Positions 6,413 to 15,779 of a stretch of 47,783 bases of DNA are shown in pieces. The notes below the pieces were generated by a model. That model had not been told where the DNA came from and searched no databases. It saw only the letters and a program-made list of their open reading frames with translations. The stretch lies in IMG/VR virus record IMGVR_UViG_2922289487_000003, positions 97,731 to 145,513 of that record. One strand, given 5' to 3'. Both the position numbers and the translations under genes were made by a program. This DNA is from a virus. Its lineage: Duplodnaviria; Heunggongvirae; Uroviricota; Caudoviricetes. Position 1 is the first letter of the stretch. The number at the start of each line of letters is the position of its first letter.

Positions 6413-9211
6413 TTAAACAGAAGAACTTGCACTCTCTTTGTCGTTAAGTCTCGATTTCAGATCTGCGACTTCTGTTTTGAGAGACTCCAACTCACCCATG
6501 AGAGCAAGAATAGCCTCATGGTGCAATGCAGCCGCGATCCCGTAGGTGTCAACGCTTTCAACATCTTCTATTTCAGTGCCATCAGCCATAAGTTTTTTGC
6601 CTTCGCTTACAGTAACAGCGCCTTTAAAGAATTGTTTGGCCTCATCAGCCATAAAGCCAAAGCCCTGACGACCATCGGCATCGTAATACCATGAATAACC
6701 GCGCAATGATTTCATGACATTTAGCGGATCAGGTATTATCTCAATTAGGCTTTTTGTTCTTCTGTCTGACGTTGGCGTGAACGCAGTAGCAAGCATTGCC
6801 TTATTACATCTAAAGCCGTTCGTCTGAAACAACACTTGAGTGTTTAGCGGATAGTTATAAATAACAAGATCATCAACCGTCGCCGTTGGCCTTCCGATGT
6901 ACCACTTTGCAGATCCAGCAACAAGAGCTTGGATATAAGCGGCTGACGCCTCTTTAGGCGCAATCCGTATAGCTGGCGTCTGAGGGTTGACAAAGTTAGT
7001 TTCAAAAACACTGCTTGTAATTATCGCGCCAGTAGTGGCTACAGATCCGTTAAGCGAGAATCCTCCGCTCGACGTGCTGATTCTTCCGTTTTCAGCAATC
7101 ATAAGAGAATACTCATTCCCTTTTTTATTGCTGATTGAGAACGTCATTCTTGCATTTCTGTAACCCGCCGAATCTGTCATTGTGTTAACGTACATCGCAC
7201 AGGCGGCTGTTTCTTCACCTTTTACCTTGTGAACGCTTCTCACACTACCACCGATTGACCAAACTCCTTCCGGCGCTTCTTCTTCCCTTTCGTTAATAAC
7301 ATTCCATTGCGTGTTAGCAGCAGTGAAACCACCAGAGGCGCGAATGATCCACACACCGACAAACGAGTTTGGTCGAACATCAGATCCGCGACCATAAGCC
7401 TTATTCGATCGAGAAGCGTCAAAACTCAACTCTTGAAAATATGTTACGGTTGGGCCAGCAGATCCAGAAACACCCCATTTCAATTGAGACGCGATGACAG
7501 CTTTAGGAACAACAAAACCAGTCCCCCTTTCTGGAGCAGATGCATTGTAACCAGTAATGCTTGATGTCGCTGTTGAGCCTGTAATGTTAGGAGCACCGTT
7601 TTCCATAACAGATCCGACAATGTACTTACCGCCAGCATCACCGCGACCATAAAGACCAATGATTGAACCGTCTTGCACACCGTTAAGATCAGGGCAACGG
7701 AAAGTTGTCGAACCATCACCGCGAGACCATCGCCCACGGTTAGCAGGTGCAGCAAGCCAATCAGAATCAACAATCGGGCTATGCATTTGAGCGTGCGCCC
7801 ATAATTCAGGCCATTCATCACGTTTCAATAGCTGACCATCAGCAGGAACAGCCCACGCAGGAATAAAAGCGCGAGAATCCCATAATGTTCGCTCACCGAT
7901 CCCGAAGTTTTGAACGCCGTTCATAGTTGGCCCGACTCCACCGCCCGCGCCGACAAGGTTTTCGACCCAGCGTTTTGTTGTAGCGTCAAAATCGTTTACC
8001 GGATCACCTCCGAGCGGAGTTGCACCAATAGGGCGAACGTTAAGCCAGGCAGCTGCACGATCGGCAATACCTTGCAGATTGTCGCTTTTAAGGAACACGT
8101 CGGCATTTGCTGGTACGTCAAGTTTTGCCCTGCTCTCTTCTGGTGTTGCTCCACCAGTGCCGCCATTCTCAACGCCGAGTACCCCACTCACACCTGGCGT
8201 GGCATTCGCAGAGCCGTCGAACGATGCCGACTCCTTGCTGGCGAGATTGACACAAACATAAACGGGCATTTTCAGCTTGTTTGCGGTCTCGACGTTTTCA
8301 ATGGTGACATCGGTATCAAGAGAATGACCGTTCACTTTACGCGTAGCGGGAACACGGCTGTTGGCATTATCGTTCGCAGCTTTCACAGCTTTCGGTGTAG
8401 CCGCCAGCGACTCAGATTCGCTACCAGTATCATTGCTCAACTTCACGATACCCTTCTGCGTCAGAGAGGCATCCACCAGCCCGATATCAACCGCAATTTC
8501 TTCAGCTTTGGCGGCAGCGGTCTCAGCACGCGTCGCGGCAGAATCTGAACTGGCAGCAGAACTTTCTGCTCGCGTTGCAGCGTCCAGCGCGGTTTGCTCA
8601 CTCTGGGATGCGGCTGCCGCTGATGTGGCTGATTCCTGCGCCTTTGTTGTAGCCGTAGACGCTGAAGCCGCAGATTCATCAGCTTTTGACGATGCCTTGC
8701 TCTCGCTTTCAGCAGCGGCTGCCGCGCTCGCTGCAGCCGCTTTTGCCTTATCTCCTGCTGCGTCGATCGCATCGGTGTTGTCCTTGAACCATTGCTGGCT
8801 GGCGTTGTGCTCATCGACGATCTGGATCAGTGGCTTCACCGTCATTTCCGTACCGTCTTCACGCTCTAGCGTCACGTCATCAACGGCTGTCAGCCAGCTA
8901 CGCATAGCTTTTGCGTCGCCAGACATACGATTCATCAGAGCAGTAAAGCGCGCGCTGAATTGTGTCAGATCCCCTTCATAAGTCGTGATGATGCGACACG
9001 GAACATCTGTCTGTGTTTCCCCGGTATAGGGTTCAACCAGAATCAGACTGGTGTCATTGATGACTCGCTTAATCTCATGCAGCTTGTTGTCGGGGCCAAT
9101 GACGATCATTCCCGGCAACACGCCGTTGGCAGACACATTCCAGAACGTGCCAGTACCGGTAAGTGCATCACTTCCTTGTGTGAATGTAATAGTACCTTCT
9201 CTGTACCACAT
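6413..9211 (-). CDS. Side tail fibre / receptor-binding protein with collar domain and C-terminal S74-type intramolecular chaperone
   Basis: Ala/Ser-rich stalk, DASLTQKGIVKLS..LAATPKAVK fibre repeat, collar motif (PADGQLL..GDGSTTFRCPDL), C-terminal SDRRTK... Confidence 0.88.
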   Translation of the reverse strand: MWYREGTITFTQGSDALTGTGTFWNVSANGVLPGMIVIGPDNKLHEIKRVINDTSLILVEPYTGETQTDVPCRIITTYEGDLTQFSARFTALMNRMSGDAKAMRSWLTAVDDVTLEREDGTEMTVKPLIQIVDEHNASQQWFKDNTDAIDAAGDKAKAAAASAAAAAESESKASSKADESAASASTATTKAQESATSAAAASQSEQTALDAATRAESSAASSDSAATRAETAAAKAEEIAVDIGLVDASLTQKGIVKLSNDTGSESESLAATPKAVKAANDNANSRVPATRKVNGHSLDTDVTIENVETANKLKMPVYVCVNLASKESASFDGSANATPGVSGVLGVENGGTGGATPEESRAKLDVPANADVFLKSDNLQGIADRAAAWLNVRPIGATPLGGDPVNDFDATTKRWVENLVGAGGGVGPTMNGVQNFGIGERTLWDSRAFIPAWAVPADGQLLKRDEWPELWAHAQMHSPIVDSDWLAAPANRGRWSRGDGSTTFRCPDLNGVQDGSIIGLYGRGDAGGKYIVGSVMENGAPNITGSTATSSITGYNASAPERGTGFVVPKAVIASQLKWGVSGSAGPTVTYFQELSFDASRSNKAYGRGSDVRPNSFVGVWIIRASGGFTAANTQWNVINEREEEAPEGVWSIGGSVRSVHKVKGEETAACAMYVNTMTDSAGYRNARMTFSISNKKGNEYSLMIAENGRISTSSGGFSLNGSVATTGAIITSSVFETNFVNPQTPAIRIAPKEASAAYIQALVAGSAKWYIGRPTATVDDLVIYNYPLNTQVLFQTNGFRCNKAMLATAFTPTSDRRTKSLIEIIPDPLNVMKSLRGYSWYYDADGRQGFGFMADEAKQFFKGAVTVSEGKKLMADGTEIEDVESVDTYGIAAALHHEAILALMGELESLKTEVADLKSRLNDKESASSSV

Positions 9212-9248
9212 ATCCTCTCCTTGAAAAGACGGGCATCCTTGCCCGTCA

Positions 9249-9268
9249 ATAGATAACTACATACTTAT
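9249..9268. promoter_or_regulatory. 20-bp palindromic motif copy upstream of the tail fibre gene
   Basis: ATAGATAACTACATACTTAT; a GACGGGCA-TCCT-TGCCCGTC hairpin lies just downstream in the transcription direction. Confidence 0.6.
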
Positions 9269-9298
9269 TTTTACCGATGCGATGTTTTTTTTCCACCA

Positions 9299-12200
9299 TC
9301 ACAACAAACCAAGTCTAACCCGGAGAACGTTGTTATCGTCGTAGACGTCGATTCGCTGACCATTCATTACCAAACGACCATTACCACCGCTGTTTCCGTT
9401 GATTTCCAGCACCCCGTTTTTACCTAATCGCCAGCCAGCGCGACCGGAAACAAAGTTTGTAGACTGGAGATCACCGACTTTCGCATTGGTAATAGTGCCG
9501 TCCATAATGAACGCGCCACTCATGTACGCCATGCCGTTATCGATAACGAACGGTGTGGTGATCTTCCCATTTACGGAGTTCACCAGACCAAAGCGATCAG
9601 CCTGCACAAGAAATTGCGACAGACCGTCGCTGTCAATACCAAGCGCAAGACCTGCTACGTACTTCTGACCACCGCTTGTGGACGTTTCCATTTTCAGCGT
9701 CCAAGCGGCTGACACTTTCTTATCCGTGTCGGCAATGGCCTGGGCGTGTTCCTGGATCACCGCCGAGTTGCCATCGACCTCAGCCTTGATGGTGTCAATT
9801 CTCCCGCCGAGCGCACTGTCGGCATCTGCACGCGCCGTCGCCTCTGATGTAACCGCAGCGCTGATTTTCTCGCTGGTCTGGGCGCTCAGACTGGTGATTT
9901 GCCTGGACAGCGATTCATCCGCCGTTGTCCTCGCTTCCTGCTCCGTCAGGATTGCCGCCTTCACATCATCATTAAGCTGTGCTTCCAGTTTGGTGATCTG
10001 CGTGGAGATAGCCTTGTCTGCCTCTACTCGCGCGGTGGATTCCTCCACGATGGAGGCTTTTATGTCCTCGGCAATTTCTGCGCGGATCTCTTCCACTTTT
10101 GTCGCCATTGCAGACATATCGTCGGCAAAAGTCTTCTGTTTTGTAGCAATTCTTGCGTTGTTGATCTGCTGTTTATGTTGGTCTTCGTCCTGACGTAGCG
10201 CGAGGTCGATATTGGTTTTGGCCAGCGCCTCAATGTTCGTCGTAACTTCAGCACTGGCGCGTTCGACTTCGGCCACAGTCTTTTTCATCTCTTCAACAGC
10301 AGCGGCGCTGTCGTCGACGGTGGACTTCATCGCTTCGATCTGTTTCGCGTTAGCCTGGTCGCCTTCCACTCGCGCTTCACGCTCTTCGGCTATCAATGCA
10401 GACGCGTTATCGAGAGCGGCATGGGCGGCATCTACTGCACCGGCAACTGCTTTGCCCTGCTCAGAGACCGTATTTTGTAGTTCAACAAGCGCCGCATTTG
10501 AGTCTTCGACCTTCCCAAGTGCCTCGTTAACCTTGTCCATTGTTCCGGACACTTCAGTTTTCAGGTCGGTCTGGGACTGTTCCAGTTCCTTGAGACTACT
10601 CTCCAGTTGCTTATTGATTTCATCGACAGCCTCCTGAGAAACCTTCGAGTCAATTTCCTCAAGCAGCTCCTGCCCAAGCTCCGAAGAAGTGATCTTCCCG
10701 GCAAGGAAAGAAAGCACATCTTTTGTCGTAGCTTCTGTCCCCAGATTGGAGTTCGGCGGACTCAACATGCCACGCTTGTTTGCCGCTCTGACCCAATAGT
10801 ACCAGGTCTCACTGTCACCCAGCCCCGCATGAGTAAACGTGGTACTGGCCGCCTCTGCAATCAGCTTCGCCGTATCCAGATTATTGGTCTGGGATGCGTA
10901 GACGTTGATGTGATCGAGGTCGATTGAGTCCGGGTTAATCCAGTTCAGGATCACGTTGCGATAATCGCCCACTGCTGTTAACGACTTCGGCGCATCCGGA
11001 GGCGTCATGGTTCCCAGCACCTTGTAGACGGTGCTGATGACTTCCGTTTTTTTACCGCTAAACGACACGGCATAAAGCTGGATGTCGTACTGTCCGTGTT
11101 CGGCAACGTTGATGATTTCGTACTGCTCTTCGGTCACTCGCGCTGATTGCCAGTTGGAGACGTTATTCGGATCAGAACGCCGCCAACTGATCCAGTACTC
11201 GGCCGATTTACCCTCCCATGTCACCATCAGTTTTACCGACAAGTTGCCAGGGCTTGGCATATACGTGCCTTCCGTCACCTGCAGATTGGTCGGTTTTGAG
11301 AATGTCGGATCGAGAACAGTGTTGTTTTCTGGGATCAGCACCGCGCCATTGTCTATTGCTTCGTACTTCGATGGGTTGTTCTGGACGACGGTGACATCGA
11401 ACGACCCTTGAGTGTCGCCCTGCACAACGTTGATAACGCGCACGCGCATGGGTTCCAGATCTGGCTCGGTGATTGTCCAGACGCCATCGAGTACCGGCAT
11501 CTCGCCAGAAGCCAGAGACTTAGTGAAAGTCACACGACTGATCTCTTCTCCGGTTTCCAGAATGTCGCGTTCGACAATCTTTCCTTCCTGATTGAGTATC
11601 CTGATGTAGCAGCCGTTCTTCTTGAGAGAGACAGGGGCGTCGAGCGTAATGCTGTTCTTATCGAACGCCACGATACGGCCGGAGTTGCGCTTACCAGCAC
11701 GGTATTTATTCTGGATGAGCACCGTCTCGCCAGGCATCAGGAAGGATGCATCCAGTCCCGCCGTAAAGGTGATAACGTCAGACTCCATTCTCGCGGTATA
11801 GAGAAGCCACAGACCCACACGATGAGCCTGACCACGACTGGTGCAGCCGAACGCCACCACTTCGGTTTTTCGCTCACCGTAGCGGCGCATTGCCTCCTGA
11901 TCTTCAACGTACTCGATGTTCTGCTTGTAGCCGTCTTCTTTGTTGTTGTAGGTCACAAGCGCTACAGATGGACGATCTTTACGTGCAGACCCTTTGTAGC
12001 TAAACAGGCCATCTTTGACGTTGGCGTTGGTGAACATCATGACCGGATCTGACGGACTGTCTTGCATGACGTTGACCATACCGCCTGCCCAGAAAACCAT
12101 GCCACGGAATGCACCGGCGATGTCCTGAATGAGCCGGTATGCATCCTGCCGACTGGTGATCTGCGTGTTAATAGCAAAACGCTTCTCTTTGCCGCCGAAG

Positions 12201-13234
12201 CCATCATCGACTTCCTGATCGCAATACCGGCCAATCTGGTAGAGCTGTCCCTGGTCAATCATGGATTCGGTAACAAATTGCCCCAGCCCATAGCGTGAGT
12301 TAGTCAGAAGATCGAACAGAATCCAGGCTGGGTTAGAGGACGAATGCAGCTTAAACGTACCATCCCAGACGCCAACATAGCTGTTGGTGTACTCGTTGTA
12401 GTTTGCCGGTACGCGGATCTTCATGCCACGAACGAGATACGAACGTGACGGCATGGTGCTTCCGAACTGCTCAGAGTTAACCTTGAGACCCACCAGCACC
12501 GAGTTCGGGTAGTTCATCGGCGTGTCGACAATCTCACCGATGGAATCCACCCAAGTATCGTTATAGAGATACTGCGATTCGCTATCCGCTGACAGACGGA
12601 TGGCGCGGACTTTGTATGCGCGTCCGGGCTTCGGTAACTGGATCTCGTAACTGCGATAGTAGACACCCGTCTTTTTCGCAGACAGCGTGATGTCGACACC
12701 TCTTTCTCCGGAAGCCACGACATCGCGGAAATTACTATCACCATTTGCGATCTGGAACTTGAACTGTACCGACGTCCCGTTGGTATCGCCGGTCTTCTTA
12801 TCTACGCTACGTAGTGACGGAAATTTGAGGATGACACGGACGCGATCGGCATCATCGTTATCGATGGCCACCGTGACATCGTGTGTCTGCTTGAGCTGAA
12901 TGTTGACGGATTTCGGCGTTTCGACGTAGTTGAAGCCCGCCATTGGCGTCTGGTCTTGCGAACCATCACGAAAATCCCACGTAATACCGCTGTAGTTGGA
13001 CGAACCGTCTTCGTTCTGGATGGGCAGACCGTCAATGAAGATCGACTTAGCCCCCTTAACCAGACCACCAATCACCCCCTCCCCAAGCAGGTCGAGGATG
13101 GAAGCCATTGCGCGGGAATTGACGGTATCGTCAGCCTCGACCGGTGTCCGGCTTGAGCCTTTGCTACTTTTCTTGCCGCCCGCCCCTGCTATCAGCAGAG
13201 GCAGCTTTTTCTTTTTGAACTGTTCCATGTTCAC
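9299..13234 (-). CDS. Host-specificity / central tail tip protein (lambda J-like)
   Basis: 1311 aa; LDLLGEGVIGGL N-terminus, SNPAWILFDLLTN.RYGLG, FN3-like and coiled-coil segments, C-terminal LRVRLG. Confidence 0.93.
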   Translation of the reverse strand: MNMEQFKKKKLPLLIAGAGGKKSSKGSSRTPVEADDTVNSRAMASILDLLGEGVIGGLVKGAKSIFIDGLPIQNEDGSSNYSGITWDFRDGSQDQTPMAGFNYVETPKSVNIQLKQTHDVTVAIDNDDADRVRVILKFPSLRSVDKKTGDTNGTSVQFKFQIANGDSNFRDVVASGERGVDITLSAKKTGVYYRSYEIQLPKPGRAYKVRAIRLSADSESQYLYNDTWVDSIGEIVDTPMNYPNSVLVGLKVNSEQFGSTMPSRSYLVRGMKIRVPANYNEYTNSYVGVWDGTFKLHSSSNPAWILFDLLTNSRYGLGQFVTESMIDQGQLYQIGRYCDQEVDDGFGGKEKRFAINTQITSRQDAYRLIQDIAGAFRGMVFWAGGMVNVMQDSPSDPVMMFTNANVKDGLFSYKGSARKDRPSVALVTYNNKEDGYKQNIEYVEDQEAMRRYGERKTEVVAFGCTSRGQAHRVGLWLLYTARMESDVITFTAGLDASFLMPGETVLIQNKYRAGKRNSGRIVAFDKNSITLDAPVSLKKNGCYIRILNQEGKIVERDILETGEEISRVTFTKSLASGEMPVLDGVWTITEPDLEPMRVRVINVVQGDTQGSFDVTVVQNNPSKYEAIDNGAVLIPENNTVLDPTFSKPTNLQVTEGTYMPSPGNLSVKLMVTWEGKSAEYWISWRRSDPNNVSNWQSARVTEEQYEIINVAEHGQYDIQLYAVSFSGKKTEVISTVYKVLGTMTPPDAPKSLTAVGDYRNVILNWINPDSIDLDHINVYASQTNNLDTAKLIAEAASTTFTHAGLGDSETWYYWVRAANKRGMLSPPNSNLGTEATTKDVLSFLAGKITSSELGQELLEEIDSKVSQEAVDEINKQLESSLKELEQSQTDLKTEVSGTMDKVNEALGKVEDSNAALVELQNTVSEQGKAVAGAVDAAHAALDNASALIAEEREARVEGDQANAKQIEAMKSTVDDSAAAVEEMKKTVAEVERASAEVTTNIEALAKTNIDLALRQDEDQHKQQINNARIATKQKTFADDMSAMATKVEEIRAEIAEDIKASIVEESTARVEADKAISTQITKLEAQLNDDVKAAILTEQEARTTADESLSRQITSLSAQTSEKISAAVTSEATARADADSALGGRIDTIKAEVDGNSAVIQEHAQAIADTDKKVSAAWTLKMETSTSGGQKYVAGLALGIDSDGLSQFLVQADRFGLVNSVNGKITTPFVIDNGMAYMSGAFIMDGTITNAKVGDLQSTNFVSGRAGWRLGKNGVLEINGNSGGNGRLVMNGQRIDVYDDNNVLRVRLGLL

Positions 13235-13245
13235 AAAATCCCTTC

Positions 13246-13836
13246 TTACATGAGCTGGTCGATGGTGATCGACGAACTCACAACCTGCGATCCGACTAAA
13301 ATTTCCTCTCCGTAGATGAGCTGTACCGGGTTGCCCTGGTTTGTGGTGTTTTGAGGCCCATCAAAGTAAAACGAGTTGGAGTTATCCGCCTGCCTCACGC
13401 TGTCGTTAGTCGCCTGCGGCGAGATAAGCTGAGAAATCCCACCCATCATTAACGACAGGCCAAGCGGAGCCAGCGCGGGAACCCAGACTGATGCCACCAT
13501 CAGCGCAGCGCCCACTACCGTTTCAAACCAGCCAAACGCGGAGCCACCACTACCACGAGGTACAGGCGTAATACGGATCTTCGCGATGTTGTCGGACTGC
13601 CCCATCATCTGGAACTCGCTCTCATCGACCGACCACTTGTTTCCCTGCTTGTTGGTGATCTGGATGTGGTAGCTGTCATAGGTTCTGATGTTGCGTTTCA
13701 TCCAGGCTTTGAAGCCCGGACGGTTCGCTTCAATCAGATCCAGAGCCTGTTTCGTATTTCGCACTTTCAGATGCCAGTGGCGGCCAAAGTGTTTTGCCAT
13801 CGGGCCGCCAAGCTGCACATGCACTAACTCAGACAC
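13246..13836 (-). CDS. Tail assembly protein I
   Basis: Lambda I-like: V.LGGPM..FGR, NSFYFDGPQNTTNQGNPV.LIYGE. Confidence 0.9.
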   Translation of the reverse strand: MSELVHVQLGGPMAKHFGRHWHLKVRNTKQALDLIEANRPGFKAWMKRNIRTYDSYHIQITNKQGNKWSVDESEFQMMGQSDNIAKIRITPVPRGSGGSAFGWFETVVGAALMVASVWVPALAPLGLSLMMGGISQLISPQATNDSVRQADNSNSFYFDGPQNTTNQGNPVQLIYGEEILVGSQVVSSSITIDQLM

Positions 13837-14621
13837 GTCTCATCTCCCTTGAGTAAGTCTCTGTGACGCAGGTGGTGCGTCGTGTGTTTCTGGTACATCC
13901 CGCCGTAAAGCGTCCGGCAACTGAGACGGTCGATCTGATGATGAAGAATCATGCCGTCGCCGATATACACTGCGCAGTGGTCGGGCATTTTTCCGTACTG
14001 GATGAAGAAGATGTCGCCACGCTGGGGTTCCGTCCCCGGCGCCAGTCGAACGAGTCCTTCACTCCGGTAGTTCTGGTCGAGGATGTCGTTATTGCCCTCG
14101 TACCATGACGGGATATGCAGATGGGGGTTAGGGTTCAGCTCGACGTCGAACTCTCGCCTGAGATAATCGCGGCAGAGCATCCAACAATCGAAAACGCCAA
14201 AGACATACGGGCGTCCCAGATAGGGCATCTCGAAGCCGTCCGGCGTGATGACGTTCATCTCGCTAAAGTGGAAAGGCACATCCCCCTCCACGTTCCTGCG
14301 AACCGCCAGAATCATCCACGGAACTTCCGTTGCCTCGCATCCGGCACGATCGGCGTCGGACGCTTCTGCTGACTCGTCAGTGTGGGAGTGCCAGATAGCG
14401 ACGACGTCACCCGTGTCTTCTGCTGCGATGATGTCGTCTGCGTGCATGACGAACGTGTCCTGCGGGTTCTCCGATACGTTTCGCGCCTCCATAAAGCGAT
14501 ACTTGTCGCCACGGGTACGTACCAGAAAGCCGCACGCTTCATTCGGGTAGCGGCTTATAGCGCAGAGATACATTTGCTGCATGACGTCTGAGCCAAGCTC
14601 AGGGAGCGTTCTGTCAGTCAT
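13824..14621 (-). CDS. Tail assembly protein K (MPN/JAB + NlpC/P60)
   Basis: YPNEACG, WHSHT, FDCW, HCAVYIGDG.ILHH; start moved to ATG 14621, which overlaps the L stop. Confidence 0.9.
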   Translation of the reverse strand: MTDRTLPELGSDVMQQMYLCAISRYPNEACGFLVRTRGDKYRFMEARNVSENPQDTFVMHADDIIAAEDTGDVVAIWHSHTDESAEASDADRAGCEATEVPWMILAVRRNVEGDVPFHFSEMNVITPDGFEMPYLGRPYVFGVFDCWMLCRDYLRREFDVELNPNPHLHIPSWYEGNNDILDQNYRSEGLVRLAPGTEPQRGDIFFIQYGKMPDHCAVYIGDGMILHHQIDRLSCRTLYGGMYQKHTTHHLRHRDLLKGDETCLS

Positions 14622-15312
14622 ATCGCGTCGCTCCAATAAACCCGCCAAAGTGGATAACGCCATTGGCAAAGTACTTCCGGCGTGCATTACAGGAGTCGTA
14701 ACGTTTGGTGCAATAATCCGCACCTGACAGCGTCGTCTGGTTATTGTTTTTGTCAAAATACGGCCCGGTGTAGCCGCATTCAGGGCCACGATATTTCCAC
14801 GGACAGGTGTTTTTGATGATCTGCCGATACGGCAGTTGTACGCCCATCAGATCGAAGACGCTGGACAGCTCAAACTCCACGACCTCATGCGTTTCGAGTG
14901 TCTTCTGTTCGATAAACCACATTTCATCAGGGAAATGCTGGTTTGGATCGGCTGTCGGGTTGCCGTCCCTGAAGTTAACGGCATCGAGGAACCGCGCCAG
15001 TGTCATCTTGCGGATGAGTCGGCAACCTACCAGATCGTCGTTAGCCTGCACTTCCGCAGAGACGGTTCCGGCAAAGTTGGACACCTGAATTTTGGGACGC
15101 GGTAAAGCCCCCTGGCCCGTTTTATCAAAGCCTGATGCCTTGATTGGCCACGGTTCATAGGTCACGCCCTGCCAAACGAGTGGTTGCATCAGCTCGTTCG
15201 TGCCAGCGTGGAAAAACAGCTTGCCCCCAGAAGTGGTGTTCGACATATCCAGTTCGAACACCTCAATGAGTGCGGAGGGCGACAAGCTCTGAATATCAGC
15301 TCTAATACCCAT
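14614..15312 (-). CDS. Minor tail protein L
   Basis: IEVFELD, PRPKI.VSN, CPWKYRGPECGY and further Cys (Fe-S type), HFGGFIG. Confidence 0.92.
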   Translation of the reverse strand: MGIRADIQSLSPSALIEVFELDMSNTTSGGKLFFHAGTNELMQPLVWQGVTYEPWPIKASGFDKTGQGALPRPKIQVSNFAGTVSAEVQANDDLVGCRLIRKMTLARFLDAVNFRDGNPTADPNQHFPDEMWFIEQKTLETHEVVEFELSSVFDLMGVQLPYRQIIKNTCPWKYRGPECGYTGPYFDKNNNQTTLSGADYCTKRYDSCNARRKYFANGVIHFGGFIGATRYD

Positions 15313-15368
15313 CGTTTCTTCCTTGAATGAAAACAGCGCCAACGTCCTGTCGGCGCACATAAATAATA

Positions 15369-15388
15369 TTAAATAAGCACTTACTTAT
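15369..15388. promoter_or_regulatory. 20-bp palindromic motif copy upstream of tail L
   Basis: TTAAATAAGCACTTACTTAT. Confidence 0.6.
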
Positions 15389-15399
15389 CCACAGGTGAA

Positions 15400-15735
15400 T
15401 TAACTTTCGAATACCTGACGAAAAGTGGCGCTGAGTACGGAATGTCCCTGGTAACGCTTCACTGAGTGCTCGTCACACACTACGACGAGTGGTTTACCTC
15501 TGGGATTCGTCCAGTAGAAGGATTCCACGGCACCGCGTGCGGTAAGGAAGTCGTCGACCGCATCAATCACATCTCTGGAACGAGTGAATGTCAGCGTCCA
15601 GCTCTCTTTAATTCGGTTCAGTCCTTTAGCCTGGCGCTGCTCGTAGTCATCGCCAAAATTCAGGATCGCCACATTCGGCTTGACCGTTTTTTCGGACTCA
15701 TAGTCCGGATACCAGTTAAACGTCTGTCTTTCCAT
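15400..15735 (-). CDS. Minor tail protein M
   Basis: TFNWYP, FGDDYEQR..GLN, FL..RGAVESFYW, ATFRQVF. Confidence 0.9.
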   Translation of the reverse strand: MERQTFNWYPDYESEKTVKPNVAILNFGDDYEQRQAKGLNRIKESWTLTFTRSRDVIDAVDDFLTARGAVESFYWTNPRGKPLVVVCDEHSVKRYQGHSVLSATFRQVFES

Positions 15736-15779
15736 ATCACATCCTTGTGAGACTGCCCCCTTGCGGGGGCAGACATGGG

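Noticed and set aside
6413-9211. Tail-fibre inversion system or diversity-generating retroelement
   Set aside because: No invertase, no reverse transcriptase, and no duplicated variable/template repeat or alternative fibre ends seen.
7910-12298. Long plus-strand ORFs (7910-8548, 8361-8981, 9678-10193, 11408-12052 and similar)
   Set aside because: Antisense shadows of the tail fibre and J genes; no RBS, no recognisable motifs, composition mirrors the opposite strand. The same applies to shadows over the tape measure, capsid and portal genes.
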